A DNA stretch of 64,000 nt from an uncultured bacterium (GTDB lineage: Bacteria; Patescibacteriota; Minisyncoccia; UBA6257; GWB1-50-10), in contig CAVYJB010000002.1 of assembly GCA_963768835.1 (NCBI GenBank), forward strand, positions 459,082 through 523,081. Reading direction: 5' to 3'. The first letter of the stretch is position 1. Every line of letters starts with the position of its first letter. A program made the translations under genes and the position numbers. Positions 53,991-63,501 of this stretch are shown here, piece after piece. A model generated the notes under the pieces. That model was not told where the DNA came from. It saw only the letters and a program-made list of their open reading frames with translations, and searched no databases.

Positions 53991-54055
53991 AATGCTTATT
54001 CTACCATATCCCGTTTCCGGTGGTGTATACTGAAACAGCGAATCTATTACTAACT

Positions 54056-54685
54056 ATGGATATTCCCATCCTTATCTACGAGATTATCGTTTTGGTTTTC
54101 TCCGCCGTCGTCCACGAGGTGTCGCACGGCTTTATGGCGGAACGCCTCGGGGATCCCACCGCGCGGCTCGCGGGGCGCTTGACCCTGAATCCCCTGAAAC
54201 ACCTCGACCCGTTCGGTTCCGTGCTCTTGCCGCTCCTCATGCTTCTTTCGGGGACTGGTATCGTTTTCGGGTGGGCGAAACCGGTGCCCTACAACCCCTA
54301 CCAGCTCAAAGACCCAGCGAAGGGGGGAGCGCTCATCGCCGCCGCGGGTCCCGCCTCGAACCTCGCCATCGCGGCGGTCTTCGCACTTTTCTTCCGGGTC
54401 CTCGCGGCCGCCACCGGGCCCGTCCCGGGTTCAGCTGCGGCGCTCCTGCTCCTTACGGGTCTCATCGTGCAAGTGAATTTAATGCTCGCCATCTTTAATC
54501 TAGTACCGATTCCGCCCCTCGATGGTTCCAAGATCCTCATCGCGTTTTTGCCCGCGTCAGCCGGCAGAGCTTTCGGGAGTATTGAACGCTACGGTTTCCT
54601 TTTGGTACTTCTCTTCATCTTCTTTGGGTTTTCCATCATCGCTCCAGTTATCGGTGCCCTGTTCCACCTTCTTACGGGAGCGTGA
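54056..54685 (+). CDS. Site-2 protease (M50) family metalloprotease
   Basis: HEVSHG, GDPTARLAGRLTLNPLKHLDP, AAAGPASN, FNLVPIPPLDG. Confidence 0.93.
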   Translation: MDIPILIYEIIVLVFSAVVHEVSHGFMAERLGDPTARLAGRLTLNPLKHLDPFGSVLLPLLMLLSGTGIVFGWAKPVPYNPYQLKDPAKGGALIAAAGPASNLAIAAVFALFFRVLAAATGPVPGSAAALLLLTGLIVQVNLMLAIFNLVPIPPLDGSKILIAFLPASAGRAFGSIERYGFLLVLLFIFFGFSIIAPVIGALFHLLTGA

Positions 54686-54695
54686 GGGGTTGGGA

Positions 54696-54725
54696 TTGAC
54701 ATATTCACGGCTTTTTCTCTATACT
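54696..54725 (+). promoter_or_regulatory. sigma70 promoter of the str operon
   Basis: TTGACA-18 nt-TATACT upstream of rpsL. Confidence 0.7.
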
Positions 54726-54750
54726 TACGGGGCACTCGAAATTCCTTACC

Positions 54751-55164
54751 ATGCCTACAGTGCATCAACTGATCAAGCGCGGGCGCTCGAGCGCGGTCTC
54801 CAAGGCCAAGGCGCCGGCTTTGCGTTCCTATTTCAATTATCTCAAGAACCGACCGGTGGATTCACCATCGCCGTTCAAGCGCGGTGTCTGCCTCAAGGTA
54901 TTCACCACCACGCCGAAAAAGCCGAACTCTGCACTTCGGAAAGTCGCACGTGTGCGTCTCACGAACGGTATGGAGGTCACGGCCTATATTCCCGGTGAAG
55001 GACACTCGCTTCAGGAGCACTCTGTGGTGGTCGTGCGCGGTGGCCGCGTGAAGGATCTTCCCGGCGTGCGCTATCACATCATTCGCGGTGTTCTCGACAC
55101 CACGGGCGTGGAGGCGCGGCATCAGCAGCGATCGAAGTACGGCGCAAAGCGCCCTAAGAAATAG
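54751..55164 (+). CDS. rpsL: 30S ribosomal protein S12
   Basis: [32 protein letters not shown]. Confidence 0.98.
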   Translation: MPTVHQLIKRGRSSAVSKAKAPALRSYFNYLKNRPVDSPSPFKRGVCLKVFTTTPKKPNSALRKVARVRLTNGMEVTAYIPGEGHSLQEHSVVVVRGGRVKDLPGVRYHIIRGVLDTTGVEARHQQRSKYGAKRPKK

Positions 55165-55165
55165 C

Positions 55166-55636
55166 ATGCGTAAGCGCGGGTATTACAAGCGGCGGGAACA
55201 CGCGGTGGATCCAGTCCATGGCCGCGTTGACGCGGCGCGGTTCATCAACTACCTCATGGTGGGTGGTCGGAAAACCGCCGCGGAGAAAAATTTCTATGGA
55301 GCTCTGAAGATCGTAGAGACGACCGCGAAAGAGGACCCGGTGAAGGTGTTTGAACGGGCACTCCAGAACGCGACGCCGCTCCTTGAGGTGATGTCACGGC
55401 GCGTCGGCGGCGCAAACTACCAGATCCCGCGCGAGGTGCGCCCCGAGCGGAAGTTTTTCCTTGCGTGTCACTGGCTTATCGCGGCAGCGCGCGCCAAGAA
55501 AGGAAAGCCCATGGCGGCCAAGCTTGCGGAAGAAATCCTCGCGGCCTCCAAGGGCGAGGGGTCGGCGATCAAGAAAAAGCAGGATATGCATCGGATGGCG
55601 GAGGCGAACCGAGCGTTCGCGTCCCTGATCCGCTAA
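55166..55636 (+). CDS. rpsG: 30S ribosomal protein S7
   Basis: RRVGGANYQIP, HRMAEANRAFA. Confidence 0.97.
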   Translation: MRKRGYYKRREHAVDPVHGRVDAARFINYLMVGGRKTAAEKNFYGALKIVETTAKEDPVKVFERALQNATPLLEVMSRRVGGANYQIPREVRPERKFFLACHWLIAAARAKKGKPMAAKLAEEILAASKGEGSAIKKKQDMHRMAEANRAFASLIR

Positions 55637-55702
55637 CGCACGGAGCGAGCCCTGAAACCAAACCCGGCTCGCCAAAGCGAGCCGGTTTCCATACTACAAC
55701 GT

Positions 55703-57813
55703 ATGCCCAGACAGTATCCCATCGAGAAAGTCCGCGACATCGGTATTATCGCACACATCGACGCGGGCAAGACCACGGTTTCCGAGCGGGTGCTTTTCTA
55801 CACCGGCGTTTCGCACAAGATCGGAGAGGTGCACACGGGTGACACCGTGATGGACTGGATGGAGCAGGAGCGGGAGCGCGGCATCACGATTACCTCGGCT
55901 GCCACAACCTGTTTCTGGATACCCACCTATCGCAAAGGGGACAAGAAGTACGAGCACCGCATCAACCTCATCGACACCCCGGGCCACATCGATTTCACCG
56001 TCGAGGTGAAACGATCTCTCCGTGTCCTGGACGGCGCCGTCGTCGTTTTTGACGGCGTGGCGGGCGTGGAACCTCAATCGGAGACGAACTGGCGATACGC
56101 CGACGAGTATGTCGTCCCGCGCATGTGTTTCGTGAACAAGCTCGACCGGATGGGCGCGGACTTTTACGCGGACATGCAGAGCATCCATGAGCGGCTCACC
56201 CCGAACGCGGTGGCGCTCCAGCTCCCCGTGGGTATCGAGGACAATTTCTCAGGCATCATCGACCTCCTCACGATGAAGATGTACACGTCCGAGGGGGACA
56301 AGGGGGAACGGCTCATCGAGAAAGAAGTGCCCGCGGAGATGAAAGTGAAAGCGGATGAGTATCGCCATATCCTCGTCGAGAAGATTGCGGAGACCGACGA
56401 CATCCTCATCCAGAGATATTTAGATAACAAGGAAATTTCGGTCGAGGAGCTCAAGGCTGCGCTTCGCAAAGCGACACTCGCGGTGAAACTCATCCCGGTG
56501 CTCTGCGGATCGGCGCTCAAGAATAAGGGTGTCCAGCTTATGTTGGATGCCGTGGTGGACTACCTGCCATCGCCGAACGACATGCCGGCCACGAAAGGTA
56601 TCGACCCCGCGACCGGCGCCGAAGTGGAGCGTCACCCGAAGGATGACGAGCCTTTCGCCGCGCTGGCCTTCAAGATCGCGGCCGATCCCTTTGTGGGGTC
56701 GCTAACGTACTTCCGCGTATATTCGGGAACGCTGAAGCGCGGAAGCTATATTATGAATGCGACGAAGGGGGACCAGGAACGCATCGGGCGCATCGTGCTG
56801 ATGCACGCAAACCATCGCGAGGAAGCGGAGGAAGTCCACGCGGGCGATCTCGGAGCGCTCGTAGGCCTCAAAAATACCACGACGGGGGATTCGCTCGTGG
56901 ATCCGGAACATCCCATGGTGCTCGAGACCATCACGTTCCCGGAGCCCGTGATTTTCATCCGCATCGAGCCGAAAACCAAGGTAGACCAGGAGAAGATGGG
57001 GGTGGCCCTGCGACGCCTCGCGGAAGAGGACCCCACCTTCCGCGTGAAGGGAGACGAGGCGACCGGGGAGACCATCATCGGTGGAATGGGTGAGCTCCAC
57101 CTCGAGATCATTGTCGACCGAATGAAGCGCGAGTTCTCAGTCGAGGCAAATGTCGGCCGCCCGCAGGTGGCGTATAAGGAGACCGTGAAGGGGAAAGCGG
57201 AAGCGGAAGGAAAATATATTCGACAATCCGGTGGCCGCGGGCAGTATGGGCATGTCTGGCTTCGGGTCCAACCGATGGAGCGAGGGAAGGGTTTCGAGTT
57301 CTTGGACGAGATCAAGGGTGGTGTTATCCCGCAAGAGTTCATTGCTCCGACCGAGAAGGGCGTGCGCGAGGCGCTTGATAAGGGCGTGCTCGCGCCGGCT
57401 ATCCGTTGACCGACATCGAGGTGACGCTCTTCGATGGTTCCTTCCACGAAGTGGACTCCTCGGAGTTCGCGTTCAAGATCGCGGCTTCGATGGCCGTGCA
57501 GGAGGCGACGAAGCGTGCGAAGCTCGTGCTCTTGGAGCCCGTGATGAAAGTGCAGGTCATTACCCCACCCGATTTCCTGGGTGATGTGACGGGAGATCTC
57601 TCGTCCCGCCGCGCCAAGATCACGTCGATGGGGGAGCGCGGCTCCGCGCGTATCGTGGACGCCGAAGTGCCGCTCGCGGAGATGTTCGGCTATGTTACCA
57701 ACCTTCGCTCGATGTCCCAGGGTCGTGGCAGCTTCACGATGGAATTTTTGAAGTACGACGAGGTCCCGGCGAGTGTCGCGCAGGTCATCATCGAGGGGAA
57801 AGCGAAGAAGTAA
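55703..57813 (+). CDS. fusA: Elongation factor G (one apparent frameshift near 57395)
   Basis: [25 protein letters not shown]; C-terminal part ([11 protein letters not shown]...LLEPVM) continues in ORF 57406..57813. Confidence 0.95.
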
Positions 57814-57853
57814 CCCTACCTGTTCCAAGGATTTCGAGTTAGAACTTATATAC

Positions 57854-57905
57854 TTATCCACACCTTGGTCGGGAACTTGACATTTCAAGGGGTTTCCGCA
57901 AGAAT
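57854..57905 (+). promoter_or_regulatory. DnaA box plus putative internal tuf promoter
   Basis: TTATCCACA 57854-57862; TTGACA 57877-57882; weak -10 (AAGAAT) 17 nt later. Confidence 0.5.
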
Positions 57906-58005
57906 GAGCTTGCACACTTTGGACCCGTGTGAGGACGGGTTCGAAGAATTCTCGAAATTTTATTAGGTCGAAACCAAAAACAAATTTAAATAGAAACAAT
58001 ACACT

Positions 58006-59212
58006 ATGGCAGAAAAAGAAAAATTCGCAGCGGTCGAAGCCGCACGTGAACGTCGGCACCATCGGTCACGTCGACCACGGCAAGACGACCTTGACCGCGG
58101 CGATCACGCACGTGTTGCACATGAAGGGTCTCGCAAAGAAAGGAGGAAGGCGTGAACGAGATCGACAACGCTCCGGAAGAGAAGGCGCGCGGTATCACTA
58201 TCGCGCTGCACCACTCGGAATATGAGTCGGAGAAGCGCCACTACGCGCACATCGACGCTCCGGGACACGCGGACTACATCAAGAACATGATCACGGGCGC
58301 CGCCCAGATGGACGGCGCGATCCTCGTGGTCGCCGCGACGGACGGCCCGATGCCGCAGACGCGCGAGCACATCCTTCTGGCCACCAGGTAGGCGTGCCGA
58401 AGATCATCGTCTTCCTGAACAAGTGCGACATGGTGGACGATCCGGAACTCATCGATCTCGTGGAATCCGAGGTGCGCGAGCTTCTGAAGAAGTACCGGCT
58501 TCGACGGGCGACAACGACCCCGATCATCCGCGGTTCGGCACTCAAGGCGCTTGAGCACGAAATCGCCGGATGACGCGGCCGCGAAGCCGATCCTGGACCT
58601 CGTGAAGGCGCTGGACGACTATATTCCGGACCCGGTCCGCGAAATGGACAAGCCGTTCCTTATGCCGATCGAAGACATCTTCTCGATTGAAGGCCGCGGC
58701 ACGGTCGTGACCGGGCCGCATTGAGCGCGGCAACGTCAAGGTGAACGAGGAAGTGGAGATCGTCGGTCTCCGCCCGACGCCGAAGACGGTCGTGACGGGC
58801 ATCGAGATGTTCAACAAGATCTTGGACGAGGGCCGGCCGGCGACAACGTCGGTGTGCTGCTCCGCGGCTTCAAGAAAGAGGACGTGGAGCGCGGGCAGGT
58901 CATCGCGAAGCCGGGTTCGCGTCACGCCGCACACCGAATTCGAGGCCGAAGTGTACGTGCTCTCGAAGGAGGAAGGCGGACGCCACACGCCGTTCTTCAA
59001 GGGCTACAAGCCGCAGTTCTACATCCGCACGACTGACGTGACCGGCGAGGTCACGCTGCCCGCAGGGCACGGAAATGGTCATGCCGGGCGACACCGTGAC
59101 GATCACCGTCAAGCTCATCGCTCCGGTGGCGCTCGAAGAGAAACAGCGCTTCGCCATCCGCGAAGGCGGCAAGACCGTCGGCGCCGGCGCCGTGACGAAG
59201 ATCATCAAATAA
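58006..59212 (+). CDS. tuf: Elongation factor Tu (multiple apparent frameshifts)
   Basis: MAEKEKF...[66 protein letters not shown] spread over several frames. Confidence 0.93.
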
Positions 59213-59258
59213 CGGAAAGCCATCCGGCTTATACGGCCACCCGCACCTTACCAACCAC

Positions 59259-59596
59259 ATGGCAAAGAAAGAAGAACAGCGCACAAAGAAAGTCTGCGCC
59301 TGCAGGGTCAAGTCCTACGATCGCGAAGCTCATCGACAATTCGGTGCGCCAGATCATCGAAGCCATCGGAGCGCCAAGGCGGCGAAGGTCATCGGACCGA
59401 TGCCGCTTCCGACGGAGTTCAAGAAGTACACCGTGAACCGTTCGACCTTCGTGCACAAGAAATCGCGCGAACAGTTCGAGACTGCGCGTGCACAAGCGCC
59501 TGATGGACATCCTGAACCCGCACCAGAAGATAATTGAATCCCTCGAGGGATCTGAACCTTCCGGCGGGGGTGGATGTGGAGATAAAGATGAGCTAA
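59259..59596 (+). CDS. rpsJ: 30S ribosomal protein S10 (multiple apparent frameshifts)
   Basis: KSYD, GPMPLPT...[32 protein letters not shown] across frames. Confidence 0.9.
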
Positions 59597-59630
59597 GGGA
59601 AGGATTGGTATCGCTCATGAAGAACCGCCC

Positions 59631-60012
59631 TCATTCAAAGAATGGGGGCGTCGCTTTTGCAATAGCATAGAGCATGGAGGAGTTCGTGGAGCGGGTGATA
59701 ACCACCTTCCGACCGAAGTGGCGCGAGCAGTGAATACATCGCTGTCCGGAAAGGATAATCGCCATATGGGTGACCACTTTTTCAGAGAGACTCGCCCTGC
59801 GTTTCAGGTAAAGAACATATCCAGACGGGTGAGCTTTCGAGCTCTTCTGCCGTCACGTTTGATGCCAGGGGAGGCAATGTCAGGCGTACCGCTCGGTATA
59901 CTGCACGGACGAACGCCGTGCAATCAAAATCGGCTGAATAAGACCTTCCAAGATACAGGAGGGCTTCTCTTTCAACCCTTTCAGCCGTTTCCTTGGTAAA
60001 GGACATAGGCAT
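59631..60012 (-). pseudogene. NlpC/P60-like (papain-fold) protein, frameshifted, antisense within the S10 cluster
   Basis: YLGRSY...FDCTAFVRAVY in one frame; GYVLYLKRR...THMAIILSGQRCIHCSR...* in another; AAGGAG SD and TTGACA-16 nt-TATCAT upstream. Confidence 0.65.
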
Positions 60013-60097
60013 TTCTCCTTATGGCGTGCGGATTTGGAGGGACTCGGGACTATGATATGGCATTGAAAAGCATTGTCAATCTGAGTCGAGCAGGGAG

Positions 60098-60316
60098 TTG
60101 ACGAAATTCGCGGCTCCTATAGGATACGTGAGGTTTAGCCAGTGTGGTTCGGTAGTAGAACTCCAGGCTTGACTTGGTGTTCTCTGTCCCTCACCCCTTG
60201 GAAACTTTCCCCCAGCGATGCTGGACCAGGAACAGCCCAACGGGTCGAGCATAGCGAATCGTGGAGTTGGGAAGCTGCGTGCTACCCCAAGTGGTTCTAT
60301 CTACGTTATACGAAGC
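60098..60316 (+). promoter_or_regulatory. rplC promoter and ~190-nt structured 5' leader
   Basis: TTGACG-16 nt-TAGGAT; pairings gtagtagaact/ggttctatctac, ttccccagc/gttgggaa, atgct.gacc/ggtc.agcat. Confidence 0.55.
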
Positions 60317-60754
60317 ATGGAGAAAGTTACGCTCAAAAAACTGAAAATGACGCAGGTCTGGAAAGACGACGCCGTCGTCCCCGTAACCGTCCTCACTCTT
60401 TCTAAGGAAGGCGATGTCGCATCCCTCGGTGTCTTCAAGGTAGGCGATCTTGTAAAGGTTACCGGTACCTCGAAGGGGAAAGGATTCCAAGGCGTCGTGA
60501 AACGGCACGGCTTCCACGGTGGTCCTCGGAGTCACGGTCAAAAGGACCGCCTCCGCTCGCCCGGTTCCATTGGTCCTACGGCGCCGCAGCGCGTGCTGCC
60601 GGGCCGCAAGATGGCGGGACACATGGGGGCGGCGCGGGTTACCGTAAAAAATCTTTTAGTGGCAGACGTGAAACCGGAAGAGCGGACACTCCTCGTACGG
60701 GGCGCGGTGCCAGGCGCGCGCGGAAGTGCAGTTATCGTGCGAAAGGATTCTTAA
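60317..60754 (+). CDS. rplC: 50S ribosomal protein L3 (short, 145 aa)
   Basis: KLKMTQVW...VPVTVL; [17 protein letters not shown]; RSPGSIG; GRKMAGHMG; VRGAVPG. Confidence 0.95.
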   Translation: MEKVTLKKLKMTQVWKDDAVVPVTVLTLSKEGDVASLGVFKVGDLVKVTGTSKGKGFQGVVKRHGFHGGPRSHGQKDRLRSPGSIGPTAPQRVLPGRKMAGHMGAARVTVKNLLVADVKPEERTLLVRGAVPGARGSAVIVRKDS

Positions 60755-60762
60755 CTATTACC

Positions 60763-61386
60763 ATGGATGCTGAGCTTTTGAATCGCGAGAACAAGAAGGT
60801 AGGAACGGTGAGCGTCCCGGACGCCGTTTTTGCGCGAAAGTGGAACGCCGATCTGGTCCATCAAGTGGTGACGGCAGAGCGTGCCAACGCGCGGAATCCC
60901 ATTGCACACACAAAGGATCGGAGTGAGGTGCGTGGCGGTGGTAAGAAGCCGTGGGCGCAGAAACACGCCGGGAAAGCCCGTCATGGATCGACCCGTTCGC
61001 CCCTTTGGGCGGGTGGAGGTGTTACCTTCGGGCCGCGCAAAGACCGCGATTTCACTCAGAAAATCAACAAGAAGATGCGGCGGGCAGCTCTTTACTCGCT
61101 ACTTTCGCGGAAGCTCAAGGACGGCGAAGTGAAGTTTCTTGAGGATCTGAAGCTCCCAGAGCGGAAGACCAAGCAGGTCGCTCTCATGCTCAAGGGATTT
61201 TTCAAAACACCGCAGAGCGTTCTCATTGTCCCTGCCAAAGGGAATATCGATATTTTTCATGCAGGCCGGAACATTCCGCGCATCGCCATCACCGCAGCGC
61301 CGTCGCTTGGCGTCTACGAATGCTCAACCCACCGCTATCTCATGATCGAGAAGGCCGCCATTCTGGAGCTCACTCCGTCAAAATAA
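60763..61386 (+). CDS. rplD: 50S ribosomal protein L4
   Basis: TKDRSEVRGGGKKPWAQKHAGKARHGSTRSPLWAGGGVTFGP. Confidence 0.97.
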   Translation: MDAELLNRENKKVGTVSVPDAVFARKWNADLVHQVVTAERANARNPIAHTKDRSEVRGGGKKPWAQKHAGKARHGSTRSPLWAGGGVTFGPRKDRDFTQKINKKMRRAALYSLLSRKLKDGEVKFLEDLKLPERKTKQVALMLKGFFKTPQSVLIVPAKGNIDIFHAGRNIPRIAITAAPSLGVYECSTHRYLMIEKAAILELTPSK

Positions 61387-61390
61387 CCCT

Positions 61391-61762
61391 ATGAGCCTTT
61401 TAAAGAAAAAAGCGAAGCCCGAGCCGGCGGAAACCGCCGTTCCGACGGAGGTCCCAACGGAGAACAAGCCGACGGTCCTTTCCGGCAGCGTTTTCCAGAG
61501 CGTCATTCGTCGCCCGCATGTGAGCGAAAAGACCGCGCGCACGGAGGTGAACCGGCAGTACGCCTTTGAGGTGCATCCGGACGCCAACAAATCCGTGGTG
61601 CGGGAAGAGGTGGAGCATCTCTATCGCGTGACTGTGGAACGGGTGAACATCGTGCGTCTCAAGGGCAAGCCTAAGCGATGGGGTTCCCACGCCGGTTCCC
61701 AGTCCCCGCGGAAGAAAGCCATTGTTACCCTGAAAGCAGGACAGAAGATCGATACTATCTAA
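61391..61762 (+). CDS. rplW: 50S ribosomal protein L23
   Basis: PHVSEK, YAFEVHPDANK, KKAIVTLKAGQKI. Confidence 0.95.
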   Translation: MSLLKKKAKPEPAETAVPTEVPTENKPTVLSGSVFQSVIRRPHVSEKTARTEVNRQYAFEVHPDANKSVVREEVEHLYRVTVERVNIVRLKGKPKRWGSHAGSQSPRKKAIVTLKAGQKIDTI

Positions 61763-61764
61763 TC

Positions 61765-62592
61765 ATGAAACAGTTCGGACCCTACACCGCTTCGCGCCGG
61801 AATTACTCCACTGTTGACTACGGTGGCCTCACGCGTTCCAAGCCGCACAAAGCTCTTACGCGGAACCTTCCTTCACACGCAGGCCGGAACCATTCCGGGC
61901 GCATCACCGTGCGGCACCAGGGCGGGGGCAACAAGAGGACCTACCGCGACGTGGATTTCAAGCAGAACAAGATCGGCGTCATGGGACGTGTGGAGAGCAT
62001 CGAATACGATCCCTATCGCACGGCGTTCATCGCTCTCGTGGTGTATCGGGACGGCGACCGTCGCTACATCTTGGCGCCCCAGGGGCTTCAAGTAGGCGCC
62101 TCCATTATCACGTCCGAGGACGCACCGTTCGAAGTCGGGAATCGCACGAAGATGGAACGCATCCCGGCGGGCACTTTTGTATACAATGTGGAGCTTGCGC
62201 CCGGACGCGGTGGCCAGCTTGCGCGTTCCGCGGGATCTTCGGCGCAGGTCCTCGCGAACGAGGACGGCTACACGCACCTTCGGATGTCCTCCGGCGAGGT
62301 TCGTAAGGTTCTCTGGACCTGTCTCGCTTCTATTGGGCAAGTTTCAAATCCCGAACACAACCTCACGGTGATTGGTAAAGCGGGGCGCTCCCGGTGGCTC
62401 GGTGTTCGGCCCACCGTCCGCGGTACCGCGATGAACCCCCGCGACCATCCCTATGGAGGCGGTGAAGGCCGCCAGCCGCGCGGTACGCGTCGGCCCAAGA
62501 CCAAGTGGGGGAAGATCACCGGTGGTCGCAGGACGCGGAACAAGAAGAAGTGGTCGTCGAAGCTCATCCTCGAGCGACGGAAGAAGAAATAA
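61765..62592 (+). CDS. rplB: 50S ribosomal protein L2
   Basis: GRITVRHQGGG, IEYDPYRTAFIAL, RPTVRGTAMNPRDHPYGGGEG. Confidence 0.98.
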   Translation: MKQFGPYTASRRNYSTVDYGGLTRSKPHKALTRNLPSHAGRNHSGRITVRHQGGGNKRTYRDVDFKQNKIGVMGRVESIEYDPYRTAFIALVVYRDGDRRYILAPQGLQVGASIITSEDAPFEVGNRTKMERIPAGTFVYNVELAPGRGGQLARSAGSSAQVLANEDGYTHLRMSSGEVRKVLWTCLASIGQVSNPEHNLTVIGKAGRSRWLGVRPTVRGTAMNPRDHPYGGGEGRQPRGTRRPKTKWGKITGGRRTRNKKKWSSKLILERRKKK

Positions 62593-62598
62593 TCTATT

Positions 62599-62913
62599 AT
62601 GTCTCGATCATCCAAGAAGGGCCCGTGGGTCGACCCGCGGCTCCTCAAGAAAATCAATGGCGTGAAGCCCGATGGGAAGACCGTCATCAAGACCTGGTCG
62701 CGTTCCTCCGAAATCTCTCCGGAGATGGTCGGACACGTGTTCGGTGTCCACAACGGCAAGCAATTCATCGAAGTTCACGTGGGCGAGGATATGGTGGGGC
62801 ATCGTCTGGGGGAGTTCTCGCTGACCCGGAAGTTCGTGAAACACGGCGGCAAGATGCAGAAAGACCTTGAGCAGTCCGCCGCGCAGACGCCGGCCGTAGC
62901 CCCCAAGAAATAA
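62599..62913 (+). CDS. rpsS: 30S ribosomal protein S19
   Basis: [29 protein letters not shown]. Confidence 0.98.
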   Translation: MSRSSKKGPWVDPRLLKKINGVKPDGKTVIKTWSRSSEISPEMVGHVFGVHNGKQFIEVHVGEDMVGHRLGEFSLTRKFVKHGGKMQKDLEQSAAQTPAVAPKK

Positions 62914-62916
62914 CCC

Positions 62917-63456
62917 ATGGCTACCACCGTCACCGTAAAACTTCGCTATCTCCACATTTCGACCCGCAAGGTTCGCTCGGTTGCAGACCTCATCCGGGGC
63001 CTTTCAGTGAACCACGCAGAGGCGCAGCTTTCGCTCTCGCCCCGGCGCGCGAGCGCGCCCATCCTGAAGCTCCTTCGAAGCGGGGTGGCGAGCGCGCAGG
63101 CGGTGTTGAAAGCCGAACCGAAGCAGCTGGTAATACGGGAGGTACGCGTGGATCAGGGGCCTCGCATGAAGCGATACACACCGCGGGCACGCGGGTCAAT
63201 GAGCAAGATTGAGCGAAAGACAAGCCACGTGACAATCGTTCTCGGCGTCGTGGAAGCGACACCGAAGCGGACCTTCACCTTCCGACCGAAACCCAAGAAA
63301 GAGAAGGAGAAAGAGTCGAAGTCGAAGCGGGCACCGAAAGCCGGTGAACCCCATGAGCACGACCACGAGCCGGCTGCGAAAGCGGCGCCCGCGGTGAAGC
63401 GCTCGCCCGCGAAGGAGGGCGGCTGGCGCCGGGTTTTCCGTCGCAAAGCCGTTTAG
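62917..63456 (+). CDS. rplV: 50S ribosomal protein L22 with basic C-terminal extension
   Basis: ISTRKVRSVADLIRG, VDQGP, PRARG, KTSHVTIVL, then a long Lys/Ala-rich tail. Confidence 0.96.
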   Translation: MATTVTVKLRYLHISTRKVRSVADLIRGLSVNHAEAQLSLSPRRASAPILKLLRSGVASAQAVLKAEPKQLVIREVRVDQGPRMKRYTPRARGSMSKIERKTSHVTIVLGVVEATPKRTFTFRPKPKKEKEKESKSKRAPKAGEPHEHDHEPAAKAAPAVKRSPAKEGGWRRVFRRKAV

Positions 63457-63501
63457 AAAGTTTGCGAATCCTCGCTCACTAAGGTATCGTTCCCTAAGCT
63501 T

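Noticed and set aside
55664-55686. Hairpin ccggctcgc-caaa-gcgagccgg between rpsG and fusA as a novel element
   Set aside because: A single short stem-loop typical of intra-operon processing or attenuation; nothing further supports novelty.
51599-57862. Replication origin (oriC) from DnaA boxes
   Set aside because: Boxes are single and kilobases apart, with no cluster, AT-rich unwinding element or dnaA/dnaN nearby.
58006-59596. Programmed frameshifting or true pseudogenisation of tuf/rpsJ/fusA
   Set aside because: Too many indels in both directions, no consistent slippery sites, essential genes with intact motifs; error is more parsimonious.
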